A stretch of DNA of 32,000 bases from Candidatus Saccharimonadota bacterium (GTDB lineage Bacteria; Pseudomonadota; Alphaproteobacteria; CAJXXZ01; 1604HC). Location of the stretch: positions 240,001 through 272,000 of the forward strand of contig NZ_CP043316.1 in the NCBI RefSeq assembly GCF_008189405.1, in the 5' to 3' direction. Under the pieces are notes generated by a model. It worked only from the letters and a program-made list of their open reading frames with translations, did no database searches and was not told where the DNA came from. Positions 19,071 through 27,888 of the stretch are shown here, one piece after another. Positions within the stretch are counted from its first letter, which is position 1, and every line of letters begins with the position of its first letter. A program made the position numbers and the translations under genes.

Positions 19071-19131
19071 ATTTGAACCCACGGCCTCAAGATTAGGAGT
19101 CCTGCGCTCTGTCCTGCTGAGCTACGGGCAC
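19058..19131 (-). tRNA. tRNA-Arg (anticodon CCU)
   Basis: The reverse complement is GTGCCCG TA GCTC AGCAGGACA GAGC G CAGGA CTCCTAA TCTTG AGGCC GTGGG TTCAAAT CCCTC CGGGCAC G. It has a 7-bp acceptor stem and D, anticodon and T arms. The anticodon loop is CU-CCU-AA. The T stem contains one U-U mismatch. CCA is not encoded. Confidence 0.85.
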
Positions 19132-19231
19132 ACATATACTTAAATATCATAAATTTGCCATAAATACTATGCATAGTATGTTTGATTAATCTTCTTATTT
19201 AAATTTACCCCCATTTGTATATAATGTAATT

Positions 19232-19951
19232 ATGGATTTATTAAATCAATTTATAATCAAGCCCATTATTCCAATCAAAGTATTTGGGTTAGATGTATCT
19301 TTTACAAATTCTGCATTATTCATGTTGTTTGCACTTTTAGCATCAAGTGTTGTTTTCTCATTTAATAGAAATAAGTTAAATTTAATTCCAAATTATTTTC
19401 AAATTTTCACTGAAATGATATATAATTTTATATCTTCATTAGTTGAGCAATACTTAAAAAAAGAAGCTAAAGCATATGTGCCATTTTTTATGTCTTTATT
19501 TATATTTATAATTTTAGGGAATTTATTTGGATTGCTACCAAATTCATTTACATTTACTAGTCATCTTATGACAACATTTATGTTAGCACTATATGTGTTT
19601 TTACTGTCTATTATTGTTGGGTTTAGGAAGCATGGGTTGAGGCTTTTCACACTTTTCACACCAAAAGGAATTCCAACAGCAATTGTGCCATTAATATTCT
19701 TAATTGAATTTGCATTGTTTTTTGTGAAGCCAGTTGTAATGGCGTTACGTTTATGCGTGAATATGATTGCAGGGCATATAGTTTTAAAAGTGATTTTGCA
19801 TTATTCAGTCACACTAGGATTGATTAAATTTATTCCTATTTTAGGGTATTCAGCAATATTGCTTTTTGAGCTTGCAATTGCAATTTTTCAGGCATATATT
19901 TTTGTGCTGCTTTCTTGTATTTCTTTAAAAGATGTTTTATACTTACACTAA
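19232..19951 (+). CDS. atpB: F0F1 ATP synthase subunit a
   Basis: Polytopic membrane protein with the conserved LRLCVNMIAGHIVLKV (essential Arg helix) and LFELAIAIFQAYIF. Confidence 0.9.
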   Translation: MDLLNQFIIKPIIPIKVFGLDVSFTNSALFMLFALLASSVVFSFNRNKLNLIPNYFQIFTEMIYNFISSLVEQYLKKEAKAYVPFFMSLFIFIILGNLFGLLPNSFTFTSHLMTTFMLALYVFLLSIIVGFRKHGLRLFTLFTPKGIPTAIVPLIFLIEFALFFVKPVVMALRLCVNMIAGHIVLKVILHYSVTLGLIKFIPILGYSAILLFELAIAIFQAYIFVLLSCISLKDVLYLH

Positions 19952-19953
19952 TT

Positions 19954-20169
19954 ATGAGTGTTAAAATGTTTGCAGCAGCAATAGCTTTGTTGCCATTAAT
20001 AGGTGTTTCATTAGGGTTGTCTAGACTTTTTTCATCTTTATTTTCAGCAATAAGTAATAATCCTGTAGCTAAAGATAGCATGAGTACTCTAGCTTTTGTT
20101 GGTGCTGGTTTGTTAGAATCTTTGGCATTATTATCTTTTATTATAGCTATACTTATAGTTTCTACTTGA
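19954..20169 (+). CDS. atpE: F0F1 ATP synthase subunit c
   Basis: 71-aa two-helix hairpin with a polar loop (SNNPVAKD) and a helix-2 carboxylate (GLLESLALL). ATG 19954 is preferred over the track start 19915, which overlaps atpB. Confidence 0.85.
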   Translation: MSVKMFAAAIALLPLIGVSLGLSRLFSSLFSAISNNPVAKDSMSTLAFVGAGLLESLALLSFIIAILIVST

Positions 20170-20176
20170 GGATATT

Positions 20177-20617
20177 ATGGCGCTAATCCCTCAAATAGAT
20201 ATATATTGGTTTGTTAGTCAAATATTTTGGGTTTCTATTAGTTTTTCTGTATTAATTGTTTTGATGTATATGTTTTTTGTACCATCAATAATGAACTCTA
20301 TGATAAAAAGGAATTCTCATATTAAAGATTTACAAAATAAAATTGAAGAGTTGAACGATGATATCACTGTGAGTCAGAATATTATCAAAAAGTACCAGTA
20401 TAAAATGGACACTTTAATTGATGAAAACTTAGTGAAAATTAGCAATGAATTTGATACCAAATATAAAGAAATTATAAAAAGCAGAAATATAGAAAATGAA
20501 ATCAGAATGAAGAAGCATACTGATGATTTAGATAAATGGGGAGTTGAATTTACAAATCAATTAAAGCCAGAGATTGCTAAAATTGCATTGAAAGTAGTTC
20601 AAAAAATATGTCAGTAA
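20177..20617 (+). CDS. F0F1 ATP synthase subunit b' (first of two b-type subunits)
   Basis: One N-terminal TM helix followed by a long charged helix. Position after atpE matches the alphaproteobacterial a-c-b'-b order. Confidence 0.6.
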   Translation: MALIPQIDIYWFVSQIFWVSISFSVLIVLMYMFFVPSIMNSMIKRNSHIKDLQNKIEELNDDITVSQNIIKKYQYKMDTLIDENLVKISNEFDTKYKEIIKSRNIENEIRMKKHTDDLDKWGVEFTNQLKPEIAKIALKVVQKICQ

Positions 20618-21096
20618 AATTTTTATATGAATTAATATCTTTTATAATAGCGGGAGTCATCTTTAAAAAATTTGCTTTTCCTCATATTATGCGATTTATT
20701 TCTGAATATAAAAATGCAATTGTAAACCAGATGAGTGATTTAGAGTTTCAAATTCATGAAAAATCTGTAATTTATAAAGATTTGCATTTAGATCAATTAT
20801 ATATGGAAAAAGAATATGAGAATTTTGAGAAAAATATGGAAAAAAAACTAAACGCATATGAAAAACAGCTGACAGATAAGTATGATATGATGATTGCAGA
20901 TAGGGAAAATATATTGTTTTCAGATGTTGAAAATGCAACTCAAAAATATGAATTAAAGATTCAAAAGCTATCTATTGATATGCTATATTCAGAAATAGAA
21001 AAACAAATAAAGAACTCTGCAAAACATTCAGAGGAAATTCTACATAACTTATGCAGAATTGATATGAAATATTTATTATTTAATAAAAAAGCATGA
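20608..21096 (+). CDS. atpF: F0F1 ATP synthase subunit b
   Basis: One N-terminal TM helix (LISFIIAGVIF) followed by a charged coiled coil. It overlaps the preceding b' gene by 10 nt. Confidence 0.6.
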   Translation: MSVKFLYELISFIIAGVIFKKFAFPHIMRFISEYKNAIVNQMSDLEFQIHEKSVIYKDLHLDQLYMEKEYENFEKNMEKKLNAYEKQLTDKYDMMIADRENILFSDVENATQKYELKIQKLSIDMLYSEIEKQIKNSAKHSEEILHNLCRIDMKYLLFNKKA

Positions 21097-21189
21097 ATGT
21101 ATTATAATATAAAGCTTAAATATTTATGTTTTACAATTTCAATAAATAGTTTTGATCAATCACTTTGTTAATATGTTTAGATGAACGAT

Positions 21190-21211
21190 GCGCTTGCGCT
21201 TTTATTATTTT
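21190..21211 (+). terminator. Weak candidate terminator of the atp operon
   Basis: GCG-CTTG-CGC is the only GC-rich spot in the spacer and is followed by TTTTATTATTTT. The stem is only 3 bp. Confidence 0.2.
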
Positions 21212-21726
21212 ATATTAAAATATCACTTCCAATTTGATATTTTAATAAACATTTATATTATTAGTTTAATTAATACATATTTTATTAATATATGTTGTTT
21301 AATTGCATTTATAAGATAGCAATTATTTAATATATGAGTTTATTCCTAATTTTATCTGCAGTGAAAGTGAAGTGTATTCTAGCCATTATATGATTTATAG
21401 AATAGCATAATTTGAAGTGCACCTAACAATTAAGTGACTATAAAGATATTTTTTTGTATAATAATAGTATTAAGTCTTAAGCTGTTTTGATCTAATGCAA
21501 TGATAGTTTGTTATTGGTTATATAATTTTTACTATGTTTGATATTTAATTATTGCTTCCATGATTAGTTACTATAATATCTTGTAGATTGGTAGGTGAGA
21601 TTTTTCCTAACTTTCATTTTCATACTTTTGTAACAAACCATTGAAGTAAGTTTTTGTTTTTTTTAAACTATTAACATTGATAAAAAAATCATGTACTGCA
21701 ATAGAACTTATAAATAATTTCTTATG

Positions 21727-21763
21727 AGAAAAATGATAAGCAATTTAAACCACTATATTGCTT
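21727..21763 (-). terminator. Candidate intrinsic terminator downstream of ftsZ
   Basis: On the minus strand, AAGCAAT-(12 nt)-ATTGCTT forms a 7-bp stem, followed by ATCATTTTTCTC. The stem is AT-rich, so support is weak. Confidence 0.3.
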
Positions 21764-21873
21764 TATAAGAAAAAAATATGAAGAGTACATTTAATATAAA
21801 GTATTAAAATACATAATGCTTAATAGAAGGATTATAAAATGAATAAATATACAGATAATTAATGGGAATACTA

Positions 21874-23196
21874 TTATTTATCTTGTAAAAAATCTGGAGC
21901 CTTTTCATTTTTTACTGATATTTCATCATCTTTTGTTTCTTTTTTTGACCATATTTTTGACCATATACTCTTTTGTTTTGTATTTTGTTGTTGAGTGTCT
22001 TCTTTGGTATATGTAGGTTTAAATTCATTGTTTGGCTCATTCAAGTTATGTTGTGATCCAACAAAAAGAGAATCTTGATAATGTACATTGACATTTTCAT
22101 TGCTGAATTTTATATTTTCACTTTTGATTTCATATTCATTTTTTTTACTTGTACCAAAAATAAATATCCTAATCGCATCATCCATATCATTTTCGAATGT
22201 TGCTCCAAGAATAATATGTGCATCACTTGAAATTTCTTCATTTATTTTTTGTGTTGCATCAGAAACATCATCCATACTTAAGTTAATACCACCTGTAATA
22301 CAAACTAATACATGATCTACATTCTTCCAAGAAAAATCTCCGAAATCTAATAGTAAGTTAGACATTGCAGTAGCTGCAGCTTTTGCTCCTTTATTTTCTC
22401 CAGATGCAATGCCACTTCCCATCATAGCTTTATTTCTTCTATCTTTTATAACAGTTGATAAGTCAGCAAAATCCACATTAATTAATCCAGGATTTTTAAT
22501 GATATTCACTACACTACCAATACAGTCAGCTAAGAATTTATCTGCAATTCCAAAAGCATCCATAAATGGAGTGTTCCCTGTTGTAATGCTATGTAGATTT
22601 TGGTTTGCAACTATTACTAATGTATCAACATTGCTTTGAAGCTCTTCAATACCTTTTTCCGCAGTTTTTATTCTGAAAGATCCTTCGAAATCAAATGGTT
22701 TGGTAACCACTGCAAGGGTTAGTATGCCAGCTGCTTTAGTCGCTTCTGCAATTATTGGTGCTGCCCCAGTTCCAGTTCCACCACCCATTCCAGCAGTAAT
22801 TATAACCATATTTGTACCATCTAAAAATTCCATCACAGAATCTAAGCTTTCCTCTGCAGCTTTTTTACCACATTCAGGCTTTGATCCAGCTCCTAATCCT
22901 TGAGCAGATTTTACTCCAAGTTGTATCTTTTTTGCACATGGTGATTCATTTAATGCTTGAATATCAGTATTGCATACAGCAAATTCAATGTCGAAAGACT
23001 CATTCAAATCTTTTGATGCTATACCAGATAAATCACTATCTTTGATAGATTCATCTTTAGCGCTAAGCATATTATTTAATTGTTGCTTTACAGAATCTTT
23101 AGCAGATTTGTTTTGGATCATATTGTTGACAGCATTACACCCTGCTCCACCAACCCCTAACACAACAATTCTAAGGTTCATATTTTTTTTCATCAT
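21874..23196 (-). CDS. ftsZ: Cell division GTPase FtsZ
   Basis: Motifs present: VLGVGGAGCNAVNNM, NTDIQAL, GLGAGSKPE, GMGGGTGTGAAP, VVTKPFDFEG, NVDFADL. The C-terminal peptide APDFLQDK resembles the FtsA-binding tail. ATG 23196 forms an ATGA overlap with the ftsA stop; the track start is GTG 23211. Confidence 0.95.
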   Translation of the reverse strand: MMKKNMNLRIVVLGVGGAGCNAVNNMIQNKSAKDSVKQQLNNMLSAKDESIKDSDLSGIASKDLNESFDIEFAVCNTDIQALNESPCAKKIQLGVKSAQGLGAGSKPECGKKAAEESLDSVMEFLDGTNMVIITAGMGGGTGTGAAPIIAEATKAAGILTLAVVTKPFDFEGSFRIKTAEKGIEELQSNVDTLVIVANQNLHSITTGNTPFMDAFGIADKFLADCIGSVVNIIKNPGLINVDFADLSTVIKDRRNKAMMGSGIASGENKGAKAAATAMSNLLLDFGDFSWKNVDHVLVCITGGINLSMDDVSDATQKINEEISSDAHIILGATFENDMDDAIRIFIFGTSKKNEYEIKSENIKFSNENVNVHYQDSLFVGSQHNLNEPNNEFKPTYTKEDTQQQNTKQKSIWSKIWSKKETKDDEISVKNEKAPDFLQDK

Positions 23197-24365
23197 TTCT
23201 CCATTAACCACTTCTTAATCATATCATAAATTTTTTTTAACCCAAGTAAAATATAATGATAAAATTTATAAGAATGATTTGGATTCTTTTTCTGTGTTTG
23301 TGTCTTGTTTATGTATGATTGAATACTACGCATGTTTAAATTAGTAATATTAGAATTATTAAATAGATAAATATTCTGTTGAAAGTACTTTTTCAATAAA
23401 ACTTCTATACTTGATATTTCTGCAAATTCACCTATGAAAAACAACCTATTATTTTCATCAACCTTATTTTCAAGCTGATTCTTTAAATTAGAAATTAATT
23501 TTTTAATAGATGGTAATGTTTTTTGATTTATTTCGTATTGTGAAATTGTGTTTTCTGATTCAGTTCGCTTATATAGTTTAATATGGTGATTTTTATCATC
23601 TTCATTTAAAATACCACTGCAATATTTTTGTCTTAAACTTTTAGCTTGACTAATAGTAATATTAAGTTTGATTGCCATCTCATGATCTATATTATTATAT
23701 CCATTTGGTATATTTAAAATTTGAATTGGTATATTGTTCTTTATAGAAAATACCATAGTATGATCATTCTTAATATTAATTATGGTTGAACCTAATTTCT
23801 TTTCATCAAAATCTAATATAGAATCTATTAATTCATAATCATGTATACTATAATCAATGACTTTTAAGTATAAATTAGAAAATATAGTGTTGAAATTTTT
23901 AATCATATTGGTTGGAATATAGAAAGTAGACCATGTTATTTCGCAAATTTTCCCATACATTCCTATAGGATTATCTAGTTTTTGATTATCTAGTTTGATT
24001 GTACATGGGAAATATTTTATCAGATAAAGTTCATTTTTTTCACAGATTTTATATAATTGATGTATCATTTTTTGCATATGTTCTTTTGAGAATGCTGATT
24101 TCATTTTGATTTTAGTAGAAAAATAAGTGATTTGTATTTGTTCTGATGGTAATAGTATAACAGTATCTTTTAATTTTACTTTAATATTATGTTCTAAATT
24201 TTTAACTAAATCATATATGCATTTTTGAAACTTATAAAAGTCACTAATGTTTCCATTGCTAAACCCATTTAGATCTATTGTATTGGTTGCTATTTTTTTG
24301 TTCAATTCATTAACAACGCACCCTATAATATTTTCATCTGAAATCTTTAAAATAAACCTATACAT
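23193..24365 (-). CDS. ftsA: Cell division protein FtsA (divergent)
   Basis: 390-aa ORF translationally coupled to ftsZ. The N-terminal pattern is actin-like (ILKISDENIIGCVV....G.SNGNISDF....I..LV...E....VKLKDTVILLPSEQI). The call rests mainly on synteny. Confidence 0.6.
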   Translation of the reverse strand: MYRFILKISDENIIGCVVNELNKKIATNTIDLNGFSNGNISDFYKFQKCIYDLVKNLEHNIKVKLKDTVILLPSEQIQITYFSTKIKMKSAFSKEHMQKMIHQLYKICEKNELYLIKYFPCTIKLDNQKLDNPIGMYGKICEITWSTFYIPTNMIKNFNTIFSNLYLKVIDYSIHDYELIDSILDFDEKKLGSTIINIKNDHTMVFSIKNNIPIQILNIPNGYNNIDHEMAIKLNITISQAKSLRQKYCSGILNEDDKNHHIKLYKRTESENTISQYEINQKTLPSIKKLISNLKNQLENKVDENNRLFFIGEFAEISSIEVLLKKYFQQNIYLFNNSNITNLNMRSIQSYINKTQTQKKNPNHSYKFYHYILLGLKKIYDMIKKWLMEK

Positions 24366-24643
24366 TTTCCTGAATTATAGCATGATTAATCAATGAAATT
24401 AAGCAATCTATTATAAAATGTTATAAAATGTTATAAAATTTAAAATATATGTAGAGTATAGTATATAGAGGGTAAAATTACTTTATAGTTTTATTGTTGA
24501 ATATTTTCATATCTAACCAATTGATAGTATTTTTACTGTTAATAATAAATCTATTTTATTACTGCATTTATTTGTATTAATATCGTTAATATTATTAACA
24601 TGTAGTTTATATTTAAATTTAGAAAAAGCATCTAAGTTTGATT

Positions 24644-25783
24644 TTATACCTGAAATTTAGGAAAAGTATCTAAGTTTAATAATAGTTTTTTGAAAATTTC
24701 CCTTAATTGCATGATATTTTGGATAGTGGTTTTTTCTCCTGTTTGGTGAGCTTCAGACTCTTCTAACCCTATTTCTACGACAGGACCTAACTTTGTTAAA
24801 AATCTACCATCACTAGTAGCTCCAGAAGCATTAAAGTTCACAGGATTATTTGTGATATCTTGAATGTTTTTATCTAACCAATTTATAATGTTTTTATCAT
24901 TAATAATAAATGGCTCTCCATGCAATTTCCATGTTATCGAATATTTCACTTTATATTTTGTACATATTCTTTCAATTTTTTCAGATAATATTTTGATTAT
25001 ATCTTCACCCTTATAATTTGAATTAAATCTTGTTCCAAAACCAATTTCTACGCTTCCAGGAATAACATTTTCTACAGGATTTGGTGTGTTTATACTTGTT
25101 ATTTGTACTCTTGTGGCTTCAAAATACTGATTAGATTCTCCAATAGATTTATTGTTAAATTCGCTAATTAAGTCTTCAAGAGGGTTAATTGCACTATTTG
25201 CAAATTCTGGATATGCAATATGACCCTTTGATCCCTCTAAACTTAGAACTGCAGTAACACTTCCTCTTCTTCCAATTTTGACAGAATCTCCAGCAATAGA
25301 ATTACAGGTTGGTTCTCCTAATATAAACAAATCAATTTGCTCATTTTTGATTTTCCCTTCTTCTATATATCGTTTTATGCCATCAGTTGCATCGCCTTCT
25401 TCATCTGTAGTTAGAAGTAAGCTTATACTTCCGTTTATTTCATCTATATGGTTTTGTAAAATCGATAAGAAGCAGCCTATCGATCCTTTCATATCTACAA
25501 TTCCTAAACCAGAAATTTCATCACCATTTCTAGTTAGTTGGTTTGGATCATTTGCCCATAGATTTCCAGGTGGAACTGTATCAATATGGCCACCAAAGCA
25601 AATATGTGGTCCAGGCTTCTCCAATTTTGCGAACATATTATACACTGGGCCATATTTTACAATTTCAGTATCAAAGTTTAATGATTTTAACATTGATTCA
25701 ATATACCTCAAACAATCTAAACCTAAAGGAGTTATAGATTGATATTTAACTAATTGTGCTATTATTTGTAATGTATTTTCCAC
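24644..25783 (-). CDS. dapE: Succinyl-diaminopimelate desuccinylase (M20 peptidase)
   Basis: FGGHIDTVPPGNLWANDP, GLGIVDMKGSIGCFL, TTDEEGDATDG and GEPT match DapE/M20 metal-binding blocks. Confidence 0.85.
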   Translation of the reverse strand: MENTLQIIAQLVKYQSITPLGLDCLRYIESMLKSLNFDTEIVKYGPVYNMFAKLEKPGPHICFGGHIDTVPPGNLWANDPNQLTRNGDEISGLGIVDMKGSIGCFLSILQNHIDEINGSISLLLTTDEEGDATDGIKRYIEEGKIKNEQIDLFILGEPTCNSIAGDSVKIGRRGSVTAVLSLEGSKGHIAYPEFANSAINPLEDLISEFNNKSIGESNQYFEATRVQITSINTPNPVENVIPGSVEIGFGTRFNSNYKGEDIIKILSEKIERICTKYKVKYSITWKLHGEPFIINDKNIINWLDKNIQDITNNPVNFNASGATSDGRFLTKLGPVVEIGLEESEAHQTGEKTTIQNIMQLREIFKKLLLNLDTFPKFQV

Positions 25784-25863
25784 ATTTTATGTAATAACAC
25801 TTAATAATACGTTATGCAATAATGCCTTTATGTTTATATCAGTATATATGAATTGGTGTGGGT

Positions 25864-27018
25864 TTATATGAAGCCTATATGAAGCTCACGCTCTAAGTCT
25901 TTGACATGCTTACTTTGTACGCAGATCCATGAATATGATTCCATACATGAATAAATTGATGAATATTTTTTTGCAATTTGAATAAAGTTTTCTTTTATGA
26001 TTTTTTGAGGATGTATTAACGTGATTTTAATATGTTTAGGGTTTTGTATCTTTGCATCGCATATTTCTAGGTAGTTTTGTAATTCTTTTTGATTTGAGAA
26101 AAGGCACCATTTCTGGTCATAAGATATGAATGCATGACCATTAGGTATAGGGTTGTTTTGATTTAAAATTGTGAGAAATGCTCTTTGTTTTGTAATAATA
26201 TTTTGATTTGATGGTGAGTTAGATATAGTAGTGCCATTTGCTTTAGTAAATGCAGATTGTATGAATATTTTTACATTATGTTTTTTTGCATACTTTACAG
26301 CACGGTGATAAATAACTTGTGCTCCATGTTCTGATGCAATTTGCATATTATCATAGCTAAGTTGATTGATTTTTTGACCAGGGTTTGAGTTAGGATCACA
26401 TGTAAAAACACCATCAACACTTTTGTAAATATAGCAATGAGCATTAAATTGATCTGCAAGTGCTACCGCAGTAAGGTCGGACCCTTCTTTACCTAAAGTT
26501 GTAATATTATTTGCTGGAGAAACCCCTTGAAATCCAGTGATTATTGGTATTGTTTGGTTTTGGATTAAAGAATTTATATAATTTTTTGATAATTTTTCAA
26601 TTTTAGCAGATCCATGGTTGCTGTTAGTAATCATTGGCATTTGCCATCCACATACTGGTTGTGATTTGTAATTTTTAGCATTTAAACTTAAAGATAGCAT
26701 TCCAGCACTAACCATTTCTCCAGTAGATAATATGAGATCTGTTGCAATATTAGATTGTATAGTAGTTGATTTTATTGAATTAGCATGTTGATTATATTGT
26801 GACATGATTGGATTTGCGCTATCAACTAAACTAGTGGGCTGTGATGTGATTTTAGATATTAAATTTGATAAATTTTGTGTTGTATCTCCCATAGCTGATA
26901 CCACAACTATAGGAAAATAATCATTAAACTTAGAAATAATTTTATTTGCACAATTATTTATTTTATTAATGTCAGATAGTGTTGACCCTCCGAATTTCAT
27001 AACTATATATTTATGCAT
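25864..27018 (-). CDS. lysC: Aspartate kinase
   Basis: IVMKFGGSTLSD, VVVSAMGDTT, GKEGSDLTAVALA and VDGVFTCDPN match aspartokinase motifs. The C-terminal regulatory region is divergent. Confidence 0.85.
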   Translation of the reverse strand: MHKYIVMKFGGSTLSDINKINNCANKIISKFNDYFPIVVVSAMGDTTQNLSNLISKITSQPTSLVDSANPIMSQYNQHANSIKSTTIQSNIATDLILSTGEMVSAGMLSLSLNAKNYKSQPVCGWQMPMITNSNHGSAKIEKLSKNYINSLIQNQTIPIITGFQGVSPANNITTLGKEGSDLTAVALADQFNAHCYIYKSVDGVFTCDPNSNPGQKINQLSYDNMQIASEHGAQVIYHRAVKYAKKHNVKIFIQSAFTKANGTTISNSPSNQNIITKQRAFLTILNQNNPIPNGHAFISYDQKWCLFSNQKELQNYLEICDAKIQNPKHIKITLIHPQKIIKENFIQIAKKYSSIYSCMESYSWICVQSKHVKDLERELHIGFI

Positions 27019-27316
27019 GTACTTCTAAATTACCTATAATTATATGGTAAATCAAATAAATATGAAAATAAATATGATTTTGGTTTTTATTTGCTGAATT
27101 GTTGAGAGTTATTGAATTTATTATGGATTAAATGAGTATATTTATGATATATGATATATGAGATTTATGATTAATGTTTAAGTATGATTGCACATTAAAT
27201 AAGCATTGCTAGATCAGATAGAAAGTTGAAGTAGTATTGAAGTTAGGTAGAGTTATATTGATTATATGATGAACTTGCATGAAATTATATTATATTACTA
27301 CTGTTTGATTGTTCAT

Positions 27317-27811
27317 TTATTCATGGTAGTCGTTTGATTTATCAGGGCGTGATCCAAATTCAAATACATATGCATCTTTTAAGCATGATCCAAATATTCC
27401 AGCTGCAGTTGAAAGAATACAAATCATTTCAGATGATAAGTTAGAAATCACACTTAAGATAGTCAAGCAGAATGATAGGCCAAAAAATGCTAAGAATAGC
27501 ATTAAATGTTTCCTTCTTTTTTCTTTTTTATGTAGTAGTATATTCCTTTTACGTGCATTTTTCCTATCTTTATGATGTATATCTTCTTTCATAATACTTT
27601 CAATAGTTTTTTTGAGTATTATATTTACATGCTGTTCTCCAGTCAATTTATGTATGAATGAAGATTTATCTGAATTTTTTATAAATTTCATGAAATCTGA
27701 TATTGTTGAGAAAAAGAATTTTTGTCCTGTCTGCTTTTTTGAAAAAAATCCCCATATAAATGAAAAAACAGATCTAATAAATTGAAATAATTTGATTGAT
27801 ATATTGATCAT
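27317..27811 (-). CDS. Hypothetical membrane protein; last gene of the phage-like operon
   Basis: 164 aa. A strongly basic stretch (HHKDRKNARKRNILLHKKEKRRKH) is followed by two C-terminal TM segments (LMLFLAFFGLSFCLTILSVI and MICILSTAAGIFGSCL). The start forms an ATGA overlap with the upstream micro-ORF. Confidence 0.4.
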   Translation of the reverse strand: MINISIKLFQFIRSVFSFIWGFFSKKQTGQKFFFSTISDFMKFIKNSDKSSFIHKLTGEQHVNIILKKTIESIMKEDIHHKDRKNARKRNILLHKKEKRRKHLMLFLAFFGLSFCLTILSVISNLSSEMICILSTAAGIFGSCLKDAYVFEFGSRPDKSNDYHE

Positions 27812-27888
27812 AGTAGCAATATGACCGTAATTTCAGATTGTTGTGGCTCATCTAATTCAATGGTATCAAAAGTATCTAAAATACTCAT
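27808..27888 (-). CDS. Candidate 26-aa micro-ORF (MSILDTFDTIELDEPQQSEITVILLL)
   Basis: Not in the track because it is too short. Its ATG overlaps the TGA of the 500-aa ORF (ATGA), and its TGA overlaps the ATG of the 164-aa ORF (ATGA). It exactly fills the gap between the two. Confidence 0.3.
   Translation of the reverse strand: MSILDTFDTIELDEPQQSEITVILLL

Noticed and set aside
19915-19953. Longer atpE start at 19915, as in the track
   Set aside because: It overlaps the end of atpB and adds a non-conserved 13-aa leader. ATG 19954 gives a canonical-length 71-aa c subunit.
21097-21873. oriC, or a structured RNA (tmRNA, RNase P RNA, SRP RNA, 6S), in the long spacer
   Set aside because: I found no DnaA-box-like TTATCCACA or TGTGGATAA, no GC-rich conserved cores such as GAGGAAAGTCC, and no tRNA-like acceptor end. 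The possibility is kept only as an open question within the spacer finding.
22088-23218. Five plus-strand ORFs (67-82 aa) overlapping ftsZ
   Set aside because: They are shadow ORFs antisense to the highly conserved ftsZ frame.
24621-24677. Imperfect 19-nt direct repeat (AGAAAAAGCATCTAAGTTT / AGGAAAAGTATCTAAGTTT) straddling the dapE stop codon
   Set aside because: It is short, AT-rich and has two mismatches. It is most simply a small local duplication at the gene end, and no function is suggested.
27019-27316. Lysine riboswitch, or a phage att site, in the spacer between lysC and the phage-like operon
   Set aside because: No conserved L-box elements are visible. The only resemblance to the tRNA-Arg 48-mer is a trivial TATGATAT 8-mer. 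The short TATGATATA-type reiterations look like AT-rich slippage.
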